This document shows positions 1-8,975 of a stretch of 63,705 nt of DNA, one piece after another. How positions within the stretch are numbered: position 1 is the stretch's first letter; every line of letters begins with the position of its first letter. The position numbers and the translations under genes were made by a program. The notes beneath the pieces are model-generated. The model was not told where the DNA came from. It saw nothing but the letters and a program-made list of their open reading frames with translations, and did not search any database. This DNA is from Actinomycetales bacterium (GTDB lineage: Bacteria > Actinomycetota > Actinomycetes > Actinomycetales > Dermatophilaceae): the NCBI GenBank assembly GCA_012515595.1, contig JAAYYA010000205.1, positions 1 to 63,705 on the forward strand. Reading direction: 5' to 3'.

Positions 1-2384
1 CCCTTAGGCGTGACCTTGCCGACGAGCAGGTCGCCGTCGCGGACCTCGGCACCGATGCGGATGATGCCGCGCTCGTCCAGGTCGGCCAGGACCTCGTCGG
101 AGACGTTCGGGATGTCCCGGGTGATCTCCTCCGGGCCCAGCTTGGTGTCGCGGGCGTCGATCTCGTGCTCCTCGATGTGGATCGAGGAGAGGACGTCGTC
201 CTGCACCAGACGCTGGGACAGGATGATGGCGTCCTCGTAGTTGTGGCCCTCCCACGGCATGAACGCCACGAGCAGGTTGCGCCCGAGCGCCATCTCGCCG
301 CCGTCGGTCGCGGGACCGTCGGCCAGCAGGTCTCCGGCCTCGACCCGGTCGCCCTCGTTGACCCGGACCACCTGGTTGTAGCAGTTGCCCTGGTTGGAGC
401 GGGTGAACTTGGCGACCTTGTAGGCGTGGTACGTGCCGTCGTCGTGGGCGACGGAGACCAGGTCGGCCGAGACCTCCTGGACCACACCGGCCTGGGTGGC
501 CCGCACCACGTCACCGGAGTCGAGCGCCGCGCGGTGCTCCATACCGGTGCCGACGAGCGGCGCCTCGGCCTGGACCAGCGGCACGGCCTGACGCTGCATG
601 TTGGCGCCCATGAGCGCACGGTTGGCGTCGTCGTGCTCCAGGAACGGGATCATCGCCGTTGCCGCGGAGACCATCTGGCGCGCGGACACGTCCATGTAGT
701 CGACATCACTCGCCGGGACGTCGACGGCCTCGCCGCCACCGCCCTTGGCGCGCACCAGGACGCGCTCCTCGGCGAAGGTCCCGTCCTCGTTCAGCGCGGC
801 GTTGGCCTGCGCGATGACGAACTGGTCCTCCTCGTCGGCGGACAGGTAGTCGATGTCGTCGGTGACCTTGCCGTTGACGACCTTGCGGTAGGGGGTCTCC
901 ACGAAGCCGAACGGGTTGATCCGGCCGTAGGAGGCCAGCGAGCCGATCAGGCCGATGTTCGGACCCTCAGGCGTCTCGATCGGGCACATCCGGCCGTAGT
1001 GCGACGGGTGGACGTCACGGACCTCCATGCCGGCCCGGTCCCGGGACAGACCGCCGGGGCCCAGCGCCGACAGGCGGCGCTTGTGGGTCAGCCCCGAGAG
1101 CGGGTTGTTCTGGTCCATGAACTGGCTCAGCTGGCTGGTGCCGAAGAACTCCTTGATGGAGGCGACGACCGGCCGGATGTTGATCAGGGTCTGCGGCGTG
1201 ATGGCCTCGACGTCCTGGGTGGTCATCCGCTCGCGGACGACCCGCTCCATGCGGGAAAGACCGGTGCGGACCTGGTTCTGGATCAGCTCGCCGACCGAGC
1301 GGAGACGCCGGTTGCCGAAGTGGTCGATGTCGTCGACCTCGACGCGCAGCTCCTCGGTCTGGCCGTTGCGGGTGACCGAGATCGTCTCCTCGCCGGCGTG
1401 CAGCGCGACGAGGTACTTGATCGTGGCGACGATGTCGTCGATGCCCAGAACGGACTCGCTGAGCGGCGCCTCGACGCCCAGCTTCTTGTTGATCTTGTAG
1501 CGACCGACCTTGGCCAGGTCGTAGCGCTTGGGGTTGAAGTAGAGGTTGTCCAGCAGCGTCTGGGCGGCCTCCTTGGTCGGCGGCTCGCCCGGGCGCAGCT
1601 TGCGGTAGATGTCCAGCAGCGCGTCGTCCTGGTCGACCGTGTGGTCCTTGTCCAGGGTGGCGATCATGGACTCGTAGGCGCCGAACTCCTCGCGGATCTG
1701 CGCGTCGGTCCAGCCCAGGGCCTTGAGCAGCACCGTGACCGACTGCTTGCGCTTGCGGTCGACGCGGACGCCGACCATGTCGCGCTTGTCGATCTCGAAC
1801 TCCAGCCAGGCACCCCGGCTCGGGATGATCTTGGTGGAGTAGATGTCCTTGTCGGCGGTCTTGTCGAGCGAGCGCTCGAAGTAGACACCGGGGCTGCGGA
1901 CCAGCTGGGACACGACGACACGCTCGGTGCCGTTGATGATGAACGTGCCCCGGTCGGTCATCAGGGGGAAGTCACCCATGAAGACCGTCTGGCTCTTGAT
2001 CTCACCGGTGGTGTTGTTGATGAACTCCGCGGTGACGAACAGCGGGGCGGAATAGGTCATATCCCGCTCCTTGCACTCCTCGATGGAGTACTTCTGCTCC
2101 TCGAAGCGGTGGTCCCGGAACGACAGGGACATGGAACCGGAGAAGTCCTCGATGGGCGAGATCTCCTCGAAGATCTCCTCGAGGCCGGAACGGTCCGGCA
2201 CGTCGTCCGTGCCGGCGACGCGAGCCTGCCAGTCCTCGTTTCCGAGCAACCAGTCGAAACTCTCCGTCTGAAGTGCCAACAGATCTGGGACCTCCAGCGG
2301 CTCCCGGATCTTGGCGAAGCTCAGCCGGCCAGATGCCGTCCGAGCGGTGGACACAGTCGTCTTCGCAGTGCGCGAGGCAGCCAA
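1..2384 (-). CDS. rpoB: DNA-directed RNA polymerase subunit beta, 5' portion (runs off window start)
   Basis: Manual translation from TTG at 2384 gives [10 protein letters not shown]...[27 protein letters not shown]; further on [21 protein letters not shown] and [29 protein letters not shown] (rifampicin cluster I). RBS GGAAGGA. Absent from ORF track because there is no stop in the window. Confidence 0.98.
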   Translation of the reverse strand, partial: MAASRTAKTTVSTARTASGRLSFAKIREPLEVPDLLALQTESFDWLLGNEDWQARVAGTDDVPDRSGLEEIFEEISPIEDFSGSMSLSFRDHRFEEQKYSIEECKERDMTYSAPLFVTAEFINNTTGEIKSQTVFMGDFPLMTDRGTFIINGTERVVVSQLVRSPGVYFERSLDKTADKDIYSTKIIPSRGAWLEFEIDKRDMVGVRVDRKRKQSVTVLLKALGWTDAQIREEFGAYESMIATLDKDHTVDQDDALLDIYRKLRPGEPPTKEAAQTLLDNLYFNPKRYDLAKVGRYKINKKLGVEAPLSESVLGIDDIVATIKYLVALHAGEETISVTRNGQTEELRVEVDDIDHFGNRRLRSVGELIQNQVRTGLSRMERVVRERMTTQDVEAITPQTLINIRPVVASIKEFFGTSQLSQFMDQNNPLSGLTHKRRLSALGPGGLSRDRAGMEVRDVHPSHYGRMCPIETPEGPNIGLIGSLASYGRINPFGFVETPYRKVVNGKVTDDIDYLSADEEDQFVIAQANAALNEDGTFAEERVLVRAKGGGGEAVDVPASDVDYMDVSARQMVSAATAMIPFLEHDDANRALMGANMQRQAVPLVQAEAPLVGTGMEHRAALDSGDVVRATQAGVVQEVSADLVSVAHDDGTYHAYKVAKFTRSNQGNCYNQVVRVNEGDRVEAGDLLADGPATDGGEMALGRNLLVAFMPWEGHNYEDAIILSQRLVQDDVLSSIHIEEHEIDARDTKLGPEEITRDIPNVSDEVLADLDERGIIRIGAEVRDGDLLVGKVTPK

Positions 2385-2528
2385 GGATGGGTCCTTCCAC
2401 AGGCCTTACATGATCAGCGGGTCAGCTGCACAGACCCACGACCACACGGACGTTGGACCAGACGCGACAGTGCGGTTCTGGAGCCTCGGTTGGTGGGTGC
2501 GGCACGGGACAGGGCAGCGCAAAGAGAT

Positions 2529-2557
2529 AGCATACACGAAAGGCCGGCTCGGGCCAA
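2529..2557 (-). promoter_or_regulatory. Putative sigma-70 promoter for rpoB
   Basis: TTGGCC-17 nt-TATGCT on the minus strand, about 145 nt upstream of the rpoB start. Confidence 0.55.
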
Positions 2558-2690
2558 CCGCCCCCTCGCGGTGGCCACGCCGGTGCGTGACGATCGCCAA
2601 AGAGAATGCCCCCGCAGAGGCCGATCCGTCAAGCCCACCCCCGGCGTGTCCAGCCAAATTGGCCCCTTTCCCCCACCCGTTCCACCCCCG

Positions 2691-2835
2691 ACCGAGCGCG
2701 CGGGGCGTCGCCCCAGACCCCACCGAGCGCATGGCGCGTCGCCCCCACACCCCACCGGGCGCGCGGCGCGTCGCCCCCACACCCCACAGAGCGCACGGCG
2801 CGTCGCCCCCACACCCCACCGAACGCACAGTGCGC
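2691..2835 (+). repeat. Family A 32-bp tandem array, about 4.5 units (ACCGRGCGCRYGGCGCGTCGCCCCCACACCCC)
   Basis: Unit starts at 2691, 2722, 2754, 2786, 2818. Confidence 0.9.
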
Positions 2836-2976
2836 GAGATCGTCCTTCCACGACACTCGGCGAGCTCGCGGCACCGCGCCTGCGGCAACGGACTGGGCGG
2901 CGCCCGATCGACCGGCACTTTTGGTCACGCAAAACATGGCGTATGCGACCAAATCCGCATGACCTTTTCTACGGAG

Positions 2977-3029
2977 CACCACCCCACGCGCCCGGTCACC
3001 CCTCACAACACCACCCCACGCGCCCGGTC
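2977..3029 (-). repeat. Family A array, 2 units, inverted relative to 2691-2835
   Basis: CACCACCCCACGCGCCCGGTC at 2977 and 3009 (32 bp apart); reverse complement GACCGGGCGCGTGGGGTGGTG matches the family A unit start. Confidence 0.8.
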
Positions 3030-3040
3030 GACAGACAGCA

Positions 3041-3077
3041 GAACGGGCGGGCCGACCAGTGGTCGTCCCGCCCGTTC
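3041..3077 (-). terminator. Hairpin terminator after rplL
   Basis: GAACGGGCGGGCCGACC-AGT-GGTCGTCCCGCCCGTTC inverted repeat, followed by TGCTGTCTGT on the minus strand. Confidence 0.7.
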
Positions 3078-3113
3078 CGTCAGGCAGTCACCGGGTCAGG
3101 GACCCGGCGGGTG

Positions 3114-3506
3114 TCACTTGAGGGTGACGGTGGCGCCAGCGCCCTCGAGGGCCTCCTTGGCCTTCTCGGCGGCGTCCTTGTCAACCTTCTCCAGGACCGG
3201 CTTGGGGGCCCCGTCGACGAGGTCCTTGGCCTCCTTCAGACCCAGGGAGGTCAGCGCACGGACCTCCTTGATGACCTGGATCTTCTTGTCGCCAGCAGCC
3301 TCGAGAACGACGTCGAACTCGCTCTGCTCCTCGGCGGCAGCGGCGTCGCCGCCGCCACCGGCGGCCGGGGCGGCACCGGCAACGGCAACGGGGGCCGCAG
3401 CGGTGACGTTGAAGGTCTCCTCGAACTGCTTCACGAACTCGGAGAGCTCGATCAGGGTCATCTCCTTGAAGCTCTCCAGGAGCTCCTCGGTGCTCAGCTT
3501 CGCCAT
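3114..3506 (-). CDS. rplL: 50S ribosomal protein L7/L12
   Basis: [32 protein letters not shown]...[24 protein letters not shown]; RBS AGGAAGG. Confidence 0.98.
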   Translation of the reverse strand: MAKLSTEELLESFKEMTLIELSEFVKQFEETFNVTAAAPVAVAGAAPAAGGGGDAAAAEEQSEFDVVLEAAGDKKIQVIKEVRALTSLGLKEAKDLVDGAPKPVLEKVDKDAAEKAKEALEGAGATVTLK

Positions 3507-3579
3507 GGTGGCGTTCCTTCCTAGTGGTGCCGTGAGTGGCGGTGTGTAGTGATTGCGTCGATCAGCCCGGAGGCCGGTC

Positions 3580-4254
3580 TCAGCTGTCGTCGCCACCCTC
3601 GGCGACGTCGGTGGTGGTCTCCTCCGCGGCGGCCGGGGCCTCCGCGCTCTCGACCGGGGCCTCCTCCGCAGCGGCCGGCTCGGCCTCCGCGGTCTCGGCC
3701 GGGGCGTCGGCTTCCGCCGTGGCGCCCGTCTGGGGACCCTCCTGCTCCACCTTGGCGCGCAGCGCCTCGACGACGCGCGCGGTCTGGGACAGCGGCGCGG
3801 CGAACAGGTAGACGGCGTTGGTGAGCGAGGCGTTCATCGCCCCGGCCAGCTTGGCCAGCAGGACCTCGCGCGACTCCAGGTCGGCGAGCTTGGTGATCTC
3901 CTCGGGGCTCAACGGCTTGCCGTCGAGGACACCCGCCTTGATCACCAGGGCAGGGTTGGCCTTGGCGAAGTCACGCAGGCCCTTGGCGGCCTCGACCGGG
4001 TCACCGGTGACGAAGGCGATCGCAGTGGGGCCCTGCAGGTGCTCCTCGAGGTCGGTGACTCCGGCCTCGGTGGCAGCAAGCTTGGTGAGCGTGTTCTTCA
4101 CCACGGCATAGGTCGCGTGCTCGCGGATCGAGTTGCGCAGCTCGGTGAGCTGAGCCACGGTCAAGCCGCGGTACTCGGTGAGCACGGCCGCACCCGAGTT
4201 GCGGAAGTGCTCCGTCAACTCGGCAATGGCAGCAGCCTTCGCAGCAGTCGCCAT
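3580..4254 (-). CDS. rplJ: 50S ribosomal protein L10 with Ala/Glu-rich C-terminal tail
   Basis: [15 protein letters not shown]...[13 protein letters not shown]...[16 protein letters not shown]; RBS AAGGAGG before ATG at 4254. Confidence 0.97.
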   Translation of the reverse strand: MATAAKAAAIAELTEHFRNSGAAVLTEYRGLTVAQLTELRNSIREHATYAVVKNTLTKLAATEAGVTDLEEHLQGPTAIAFVTGDPVEAAKGLRDFAKANPALVIKAGVLDGKPLSPEEITKLADLESREVLLAKLAGAMNASLTNAVYLFAAPLSQTARVVEALRAKVEQEGPQTGATAEADAPAETAEAEPAAAEEAPVESAEAPAAAEETTTDVAEGGDDS

Positions 4255-4299
4255 GGGGCCTCCTTCATCGTGGTGCCGGCACCCTCCAGGCCACTCACG

Positions 4300-4450
4300 A
4301 CAAGAGCCCCGGCGCAGGCGCACGGGGCTCAAACAACGACATACGCTGTATGTCGTCCAGCTCAGTTCACCTGCGCAGGTCGCCCGCATCGTGCGGAACC
4401 TTCGGTCGGGGCGCCCTCGCGGGCACGCCGACAACCGGCGGTCATTGGGT
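4300..4450 (-). promoter_or_regulatory. Putative L10 leader (ribosomal protein autoregulatory RNA) with attenuator-like hairpin
   Basis: 5' UTR of rplJ contains GACCGCCGGT...CCGAAGG...CCTGCGCAGG and hairpin GAGCCCCG...CGGGGCTC followed by TTGT; position matches known L10 leaders. Confidence 0.6.
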
Positions 4451-4542
4451 ATGGGCCAACTGTACCGGCCCCGGGTGCACCGGGACAAATCCGCCGCCGG
4501 AGCCGAGAGCACCGGGCCGCTGCTTGCCGCGAGCCGGCTCAG

Positions 4543-5445
4543 CTATCCGGCACACGCGCGCTGCACGAAGCCGTAGAGCGCAGTGGTGACCTCGGGCGCC
4601 GCGACGGTCACCGTCCCCTCGCGGCCGTCGAGCCGGACGTCGACGCGGAACCTGGTGCCCTGCTTGTCGTCGGCGATCGCGTGGGCGTCGCAGCACGCCG
4701 GCACCACGGTGAGGACGATCGTCGAGGGGTTGTCGCCGCCCGCGACCGTCACCGCGACCGGGTGTCCGTCCGGCTGCCGCTCCCCCGTGTCGGGGTCCAC
4801 GAACTGCAGGAGCGTGGTGTTGCGGACCCGGACGAGCTCCAGCTCGCCCGTCCCGCCCGCGGGCGCGACCGCGACGGTGAGGTCGGCGACGAGCGTTCCG
4901 GCGAGCTCACGCTCCTCGGGCGGTCCGGTGAGAGTGAGCGTGGCGACCGTGTCCGCCTCGGAGGCGAGGCACTGCGCGGCATGGAGGTCAGCCATCCGAC
5001 CACCCTGGTCGGAGGCCGGCACCACGACCGTGCCGGTCCGACCGTCGTCCAGCTCGTAGTCGAGGTGCACCTCGTACGCGAGGGAGTCCCCGGCGCACAC
5101 GGCCCCGCCCAGCGGGACCGGGAGGTCGACGACGCGACCCGGACCGATCATGATGCCGCTCAGCCCGGAAGTCATCGGGGACCGGAAGCCCGTCGACTCC
5201 AGGCTCAGACGGCGGACCGTGAACCCGATGCCGGAGCCGTTCGTGAGCTGCGCCTCGACCTGGCCGGCCGCGACGTCCATGCGGGACTGGTAGACGCTCG
5301 CGGTCAGCCCCTGCAGCTGCGACGCGGAGGTGGTCGGGGCGTGCGCAGCGGTGGTCGGGGCAGGTGCCGCTGGCTCCTCCACCGCGCACGATGCCAGGAG
5401 GAGGCTCGCCAGCGCGACGAGGACCCAGGATGCCAGCCGCAACAC
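4543..5445 (-). CDS. Putative lipoprotein of unknown function
   Basis: C-terminal part of ORF 4543..6000; hydrophobic signal and lipobox LLASC, then Pro/Thr/Ala linker; GTG at 5445 lies 7 nt after a TAGGCT -10-like box. Confidence 0.7.
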   Translation of the reverse strand: MLRLASWVLVALASLLLASCAVEEPAAPAPTTAAHAPTTSASQLQGLTASVYQSRMDVAAGQVEAQLTNGSGIGFTVRRLSLESTGFRSPMTSGLSGIMIGPGRVVDLPVPLGGAVCAGDSLAYEVHLDYELDDGRTGTVVVPASDQGGRMADLHAAQCLASEADTVATLTLTGPPEERELAGTLVADLTVAVAPAGGTGELELVRVRNTTLLQFVDPDTGERQPDGHPVAVTVAGGDNPSTIVLTVVPACCDAHAIADDKQGTRFRVDVRLDGREGTVTVAAPEVTTALYGFVQRACAG

Positions 5446-5522
5446 CCGCACCAGCCTAGGGAGGGCAGCAGGGCGGCGCAGGTGATTTCCCGGCGGGCCT
5501 CCCCGCCGCGGTGACCTCGGCC

Positions 5523-6152
5523 TCAGCTCAGCGTGACCTCCTCGTCCGGGGTGGCGATCACCACGGACAGTCGCGGGGGTTCGCCCACGCGCACCTGGAT
5601 CGGCCCGCGGGGCGCCTGCAGTGCCTCGAGAGCGCTGCTCAGGCTCGCCGCCTCCGGGTGGCGCGCCCGGAAGCTCACCAGCTTGACCACCTCGAGCCCC
5701 TCGCTCGGGTGCGGCGAGTCGCCCCAGTCGATGAGGAACGGGACCGCACCGTCCAGCGCGGTGTCGGGCGGGGTCAGCTGCCACGCCAGCTCGGTGCCGT
5801 CGGGCCTGGTCCGGCTCATGGGTCGCGGGTCGCCCGGGTCGGTGCCCCGCTCCCGCGCCGCGGCCACCCAGTCGGCGATCCCCTGGACCCGGAGCGCCCA
5901 CCCGGTCACCGTGGGGCCCGTCAGCCCGTCGACCCCGAACGGCCGGCCTGCCGCCGGAGCGGGCTGGTCGGGGTCCGGGGCGATCAGCTCCAGGTAGCAC
6001 TGGCCACCCAGGCCGATGAGGGAGTTGCGGGTCCCCATCCCCGGGTGCGACCCTCCCGGCCGCGCCCGGACGCCGAGGTGCGCCTCGGCATACTGCTCCA
6101 GCTCGGTCAGATCCGGGCCGGCGAGGATGACATGATCAATCTGCGCGCGCAT
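5523..6152 (-). CDS. VOC / glyoxalase-like family protein
   Basis: IDHVILAGPDL...GGSHPGMGTRNSLIGLG..YLELIAPD...VPFLIDWG; RBS GAAGGAG. Confidence 0.85.
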   Translation of the reverse strand: MRAQIDHVILAGPDLTELEQYAEAHLGVRARPGGSHPGMGTRNSLIGLGGQCYLELIAPDPDQPAPAAGRPFGVDGLTGPTVTGWALRVQGIADWVAAARERGTDPGDPRPMSRTRPDGTELAWQLTPPDTALDGAVPFLIDWGDSPHPSEGLEVVKLVSFRARHPEAASLSSALEALQAPRGPIQVRVGEPPRLSVVIATPDEEVTLS

Positions 6153-6238
6153 CGCACTCCTTCCGTCGGCCACCAACCTAGGGCAGGCACCGGTGTGGCG
6201 CAGTGGCGCGGATGCCTCTGGTGCAGTAGCCATAGGAC

Positions 6239-6958
6239 ATGAAAGCCGTCGAGCGGTGGGTGTCCCCGCGCATGGAGCAAGAGTTCACGCTGGTCCGGTG
6301 GGGGCGCTCCGGGGTGCCGGTGCTGGTGCTGCCCACGGCGGGCGGGGACGCCGAGGAGGTCGAGCGGCACCACCTGATCACCAAGCTGGGCGACCTGATC
6401 GAGGGCGGAGCGATCACCGTCTACTCCTGCGACAGCGTCGCCGGGCGGGCGATGACCCGGTCGACGGGCACCGTCGAGTACCGCACCTGGCTGCTCAACC
6501 AGTTCCACTGGGCGGTGGCCCACGAGATCGTGCCCGCGATGCACGTCGACAGCGGGGAGCGACCCGCCATCGTCGCCGGTGCGTCCATCGGTGCGTTCAA
6601 CTCGGTGGCCCTGCTCTGCCGGTTCCCGCAGCTGTTCGGCGCCGCGATCGGCATGTCCGGGACGTATGACGTGGAGCGCTTCGTCGGCGGCGTCACCGAC
6701 GACCTCTACTTCTCCACGCCGCGCCGCTTCCTGCCCGGTCTGGAGGGCCCCTCCCTGGACCTGCTCCGGCAGCGGTTCGTGATCCTCGCGTCGGGCACCG
6801 GCGCGTGGGAGAACATCGACGAGTCCTGGCAGATGGCCAAGGTGCTGGGCGACAAGGGCGTGCCCAACCGCGTCGACGACTGGGGCCCGGACTTCGAGCA
6901 CGAGTGGCCCACGTGGTGGGCGATGCTGCCGCAGTACCTCCGCGAGCTCCTCGGCTAG
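6239..6958 (+). CDS. Putative esterase (alpha/beta hydrolase)
   Basis: Nucleophile elbow GASIG; C-terminal HEWPTW. Confidence 0.8.
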   Translation: MKAVERWVSPRMEQEFTLVRWGRSGVPVLVLPTAGGDAEEVERHHLITKLGDLIEGGAITVYSCDSVAGRAMTRSTGTVEYRTWLLNQFHWAVAHEIVPAMHVDSGERPAIVAGASIGAFNSVALLCRFPQLFGAAIGMSGTYDVERFVGGVTDDLYFSTPRRFLPGLEGPSLDLLRQRFVILASGTGAWENIDESWQMAKVLGDKGVPNRVDDWGPDFEHEWPTWWAMLPQYLRELLG

Positions 6959-6975
6959 GCGCTCCCCCACCCTCG

Positions 6976-7094
6976 ACCGAGCGCACCGTGTTGCGCTCCC
7001 ACACCCGACCGGGCGCACCGCGTTGCGCTCACAGAGGGCACCGGGCGCACGGCGTTGCGCTCTCAGTCCCACCGGGCACCCGTGTTGCGCCCTC
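6976..7094 (+). repeat. Family A 32-bp array, about 4 units (ACCGRGCGCACSGYGTTGCGCTC plus a variable 8-9 nt)
   Basis: Unit starts at 6976, 7008, 7040, 7071; fills the gap between two convergent stop codons. Confidence 0.85.
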
Positions 7095-8103
7095 ACCGCA
7101 GCTTGGCGAGGCGCTCCTCGAGCTGCTGGACCCGGTGGCTGTTGCCGTGCAGCCCCACGTACTCCTGGCCGTAGACCGCCAGCAGCGCATCGTCGAGCCG
7201 CCGCACCGCCGCCGGCGGGTAGCGGTAGCCCATGCGGGCGTTGGTGGCCTCGCTGTCGAGGCCTCCCAGCACGTGCGCCAGCTCCTCGAGGGAGGTGATG
7301 CCCAGCTCGAGCAGCAGCCCGGAGATCCACGTGTAGTGCTCGGTGCGGGACCAGCCGGCATCGGGATAGGTGCCCGCCAGGAACTTGGCCAGCTCCTGGG
7401 CGCTCAGCCGGGGGTCGTCCTCGTCGGCCGCCTCCGCCGGCTGCTCGGGCAGCGCCTCCTGGAGTCGGTCCCGGATCGTCGAGAACTCCTGGTCGGCGAG
7501 CTCCAGCAGGCCCGCGGCCAGCGTGAACCGGCGGTTCAGGTCCGGCGCGAAGGCCTCGGGGATGGTCCCCTTGTAACGGATGTCGTGCTCGAACTCTGCC
7601 CACGCGTGCTGCAGCACGGTGCGGATCTGCACGGACGCGGTGTAGGTGCGCAGCGCCTCCTGCTCGGGCCGCAGCGTCCGGCTGGCGTCCACGGCCACCA
7701 CCAGGTGCCGGCTCGAGTAGCCCCAGCGCCCCTGCTCGGCGGTCTCCTGCCCCATGTCACGGTCCTCAAGGACGGTGAGCTCACCGGCGAGCAACCGCGC
7801 CACCGCTGCCACGTCGTCGCGGACGTAGGTGATCACCCGCAGCCCGATCTGGTCGGTGATCTGCTCGAGGGGGTCGGGGTAGAGCAGCTTCCCGTCGACG
7901 CGGCGGGCCGCCTTGCCCGCGAAGCTCTCCACCGTCTTGGTGCGCCCCGTGACGGTCAGGTAGTTGATGCCAGCGTCGTCGAGCGCCGAGGTGATGAGGG
8001 CCACGAAACCCTGCGTGGCGCGGACCAGGGCGGGCTGGCGCTCGTCATACTGCCGGACCGCGTCCCGCACCCGGTCCGCCTCGTTCGGATCCACCGTCGT
8101 CAT
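7093..8103 (-). CDS. RelA/SpoT synthetase-domain protein (small alarmone synthetase type)
   Basis: RTKTVESFAGK, ITDQIGLRVI, GYSSRHLVV, VQIRTVLQHAWAEFEHDIRYK motifs; no hydrolase, TGS or ACT domains. Confidence 0.88.
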   Translation of the reverse strand: MTTVDPNEADRVRDAVRQYDERQPALVRATQGFVALITSALDDAGINYLTVTGRTKTVESFAGKAARRVDGKLLYPDPLEQITDQIGLRVITYVRDDVAAVARLLAGELTVLEDRDMGQETAEQGRWGYSSRHLVVAVDASRTLRPEQEALRTYTASVQIRTVLQHAWAEFEHDIRYKGTIPEAFAPDLNRRFTLAAGLLELADQEFSTIRDRLQEALPEQPAEAADEDDPRLSAQELAKFLAGTYPDAGWSRTEHYTWISGLLLELGITSLEELAHVLGGLDSEATNARMGYRYPPAAVRRLDDALLAVYGQEYVGLHGNSHRVQQLEERLAKLR

Positions 8104-8127
8104 GCACCCATCCTGTCGGAAGGTCGG

Positions 8128-8520
8128 TCAGCCCAGCACCTCGACGGGGCAGCGCACCCCGGCGGCCGTCCGCAGCCGGTGGTCACCGGTGAGCAGCGGC
8201 ACGTCGAGCGCCTCGGCGAGCGCGACGTAGGCCGCGTCGTAGGCGGTCACGTTGTCCCGGAGCTCCCAGATCCGGCGCAGCAGAGGTCGGTGCGGGACCC
8301 GCCGCAGCGGGAAGATCTCGATCGCGCCGAGCGCGCGGTCAGCCTGGCTCTCCTCCAGCTTGCCGCCGCGCACCAGACCGCGCAGCGCGTTCGCGAACTC
8401 GATGTCGATCAGCTCCGGCGCCACCAGCCGCTCTGCGCGCAGCCGCCGACGGATCGGCGCGCTCACCTGGTCAGGCGACACCACGACCGCCACCAGGACC
8501 GAGTTGTCCAGGACGATCAC
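8128..8520 (-). CDS. vapC: Type II toxin, VapC family PIN-domain RNase
   Basis: VIVLDNSVLV...ELIDIEFANALR...NVTAYDAAYVALAEALDVPLLTGDHRL; GTGA overlap with the antitoxin stop. Confidence 0.9.
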   Translation of the reverse strand: MIVLDNSVLVAVVVSPDQVSAPIRRRLRAERLVAPELIDIEFANALRGLVRGGKLEESQADRALGAIEIFPLRRVPHRPLLRRIWELRDNVTAYDAAYVALAEALDVPLLTGDHRLRTAAGVRCPVEVLG

Positions 8521-8750
8521 CGTGCTCGTCCGGCGCGCTGGACCTCCACGATGTCCTCCATCGTCGGCCCGGTCGCCCAGGACAGGTCTGCTCTGGCGCG
8601 CTCCAGGACCTCGGCAACCTCGGGCTCGGCGGCCTGCTGCTCGAGGGTGATCCGCAGGTACTCCTGCAACGACCGCCCTGAGGCAGCGGCCCGCCGCCGG
8701 AGCACCGCGTAGGCCTCGTCGTCCAGGTTGCGGATCTGCACCGTCGCCAT
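8517..8750 (-). CDS. FitA-like ribbon-helix-helix antitoxin
   Basis: MATVQIRNLDDEAYAVLRRRAAASGRSLQEYLR; directly upstream of and overlapping the PIN toxin. Confidence 0.88.
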   Translation of the reverse strand: MATVQIRNLDDEAYAVLRRRAAASGRSLQEYLRITLEQQAAEPEVAEVLERARADLSWATGPTMEDIVEVQRAGRAR

Positions 8751-8762
8751 GCATGCATAATA
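8749..8762 (-). promoter_or_regulatory. Leaderless TA promoter (-10 TATTAT) with palindrome ATGCATGCAT over the start codon (candidate operator)
   Basis: Minus strand reads TATTAT-GCATGC-ATG; perfect 10-bp palindrome at 8749-8758. Confidence 0.55.
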
Positions 8763-8817
8763 GCGCTGGTCTGCCGTAATTTCGGCGCGTCCACCCCTTC
8801 AGGCAACGGGTCATCTG

Positions 8818-8886
8818 GGCCGTGCGACCGGATGGGCGCCAGGTGCGTGCCTGGACGTCGCATGGCGCCCATCTGGTCGCATGGCC
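8818..8886. repeat. 24-bp inverted repeat with 21-nt loop (REP-like hairpin)
   Basis: GGCCGTGCGACCGGATGGGCGCCA / TGGCGCCCATCTGGTCGCATGGCC; both non-Watson-Crick positions are G-T on the + strand. Confidence 0.8.
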
Positions 8887-8927
8887 GGGAGGGGGTGGGT
8901 GCCGCCGGGGGGCCCGGGACAGCGAAA

Positions 8928-8956
8928 GGCCCGGTGAGCGGATCGCTCACCGGGCC
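8928..8956 (-). terminator. Intrinsic terminator after rplA
   Basis: Perfect 13-bp stem GGCCCGGTGAGCG-GAT-CGCTCACCGGGCC, followed by TTTCGCT on the minus strand. Confidence 0.8.
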
Positions 8957-8975
8957 CCTCGGCCTACGAGTCAGG

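Noticed and set aside
165-3524. 1119-aa + strand ORF and other long ORFs such as 3553..5514, 22851..24974, 37199..39634, 55028..57691, 56991..60146
   Set aside because: Antisense or alternate-frame shadows of real genes, expected from stop-codon scarcity at high GC; no recognisable motifs.
2691-7094. Repeat arrays as CRISPR
   Set aside because: Unit length of 32 bp with only about 9 variable nt, at most 5 units, degenerate repeats and no cas genes.
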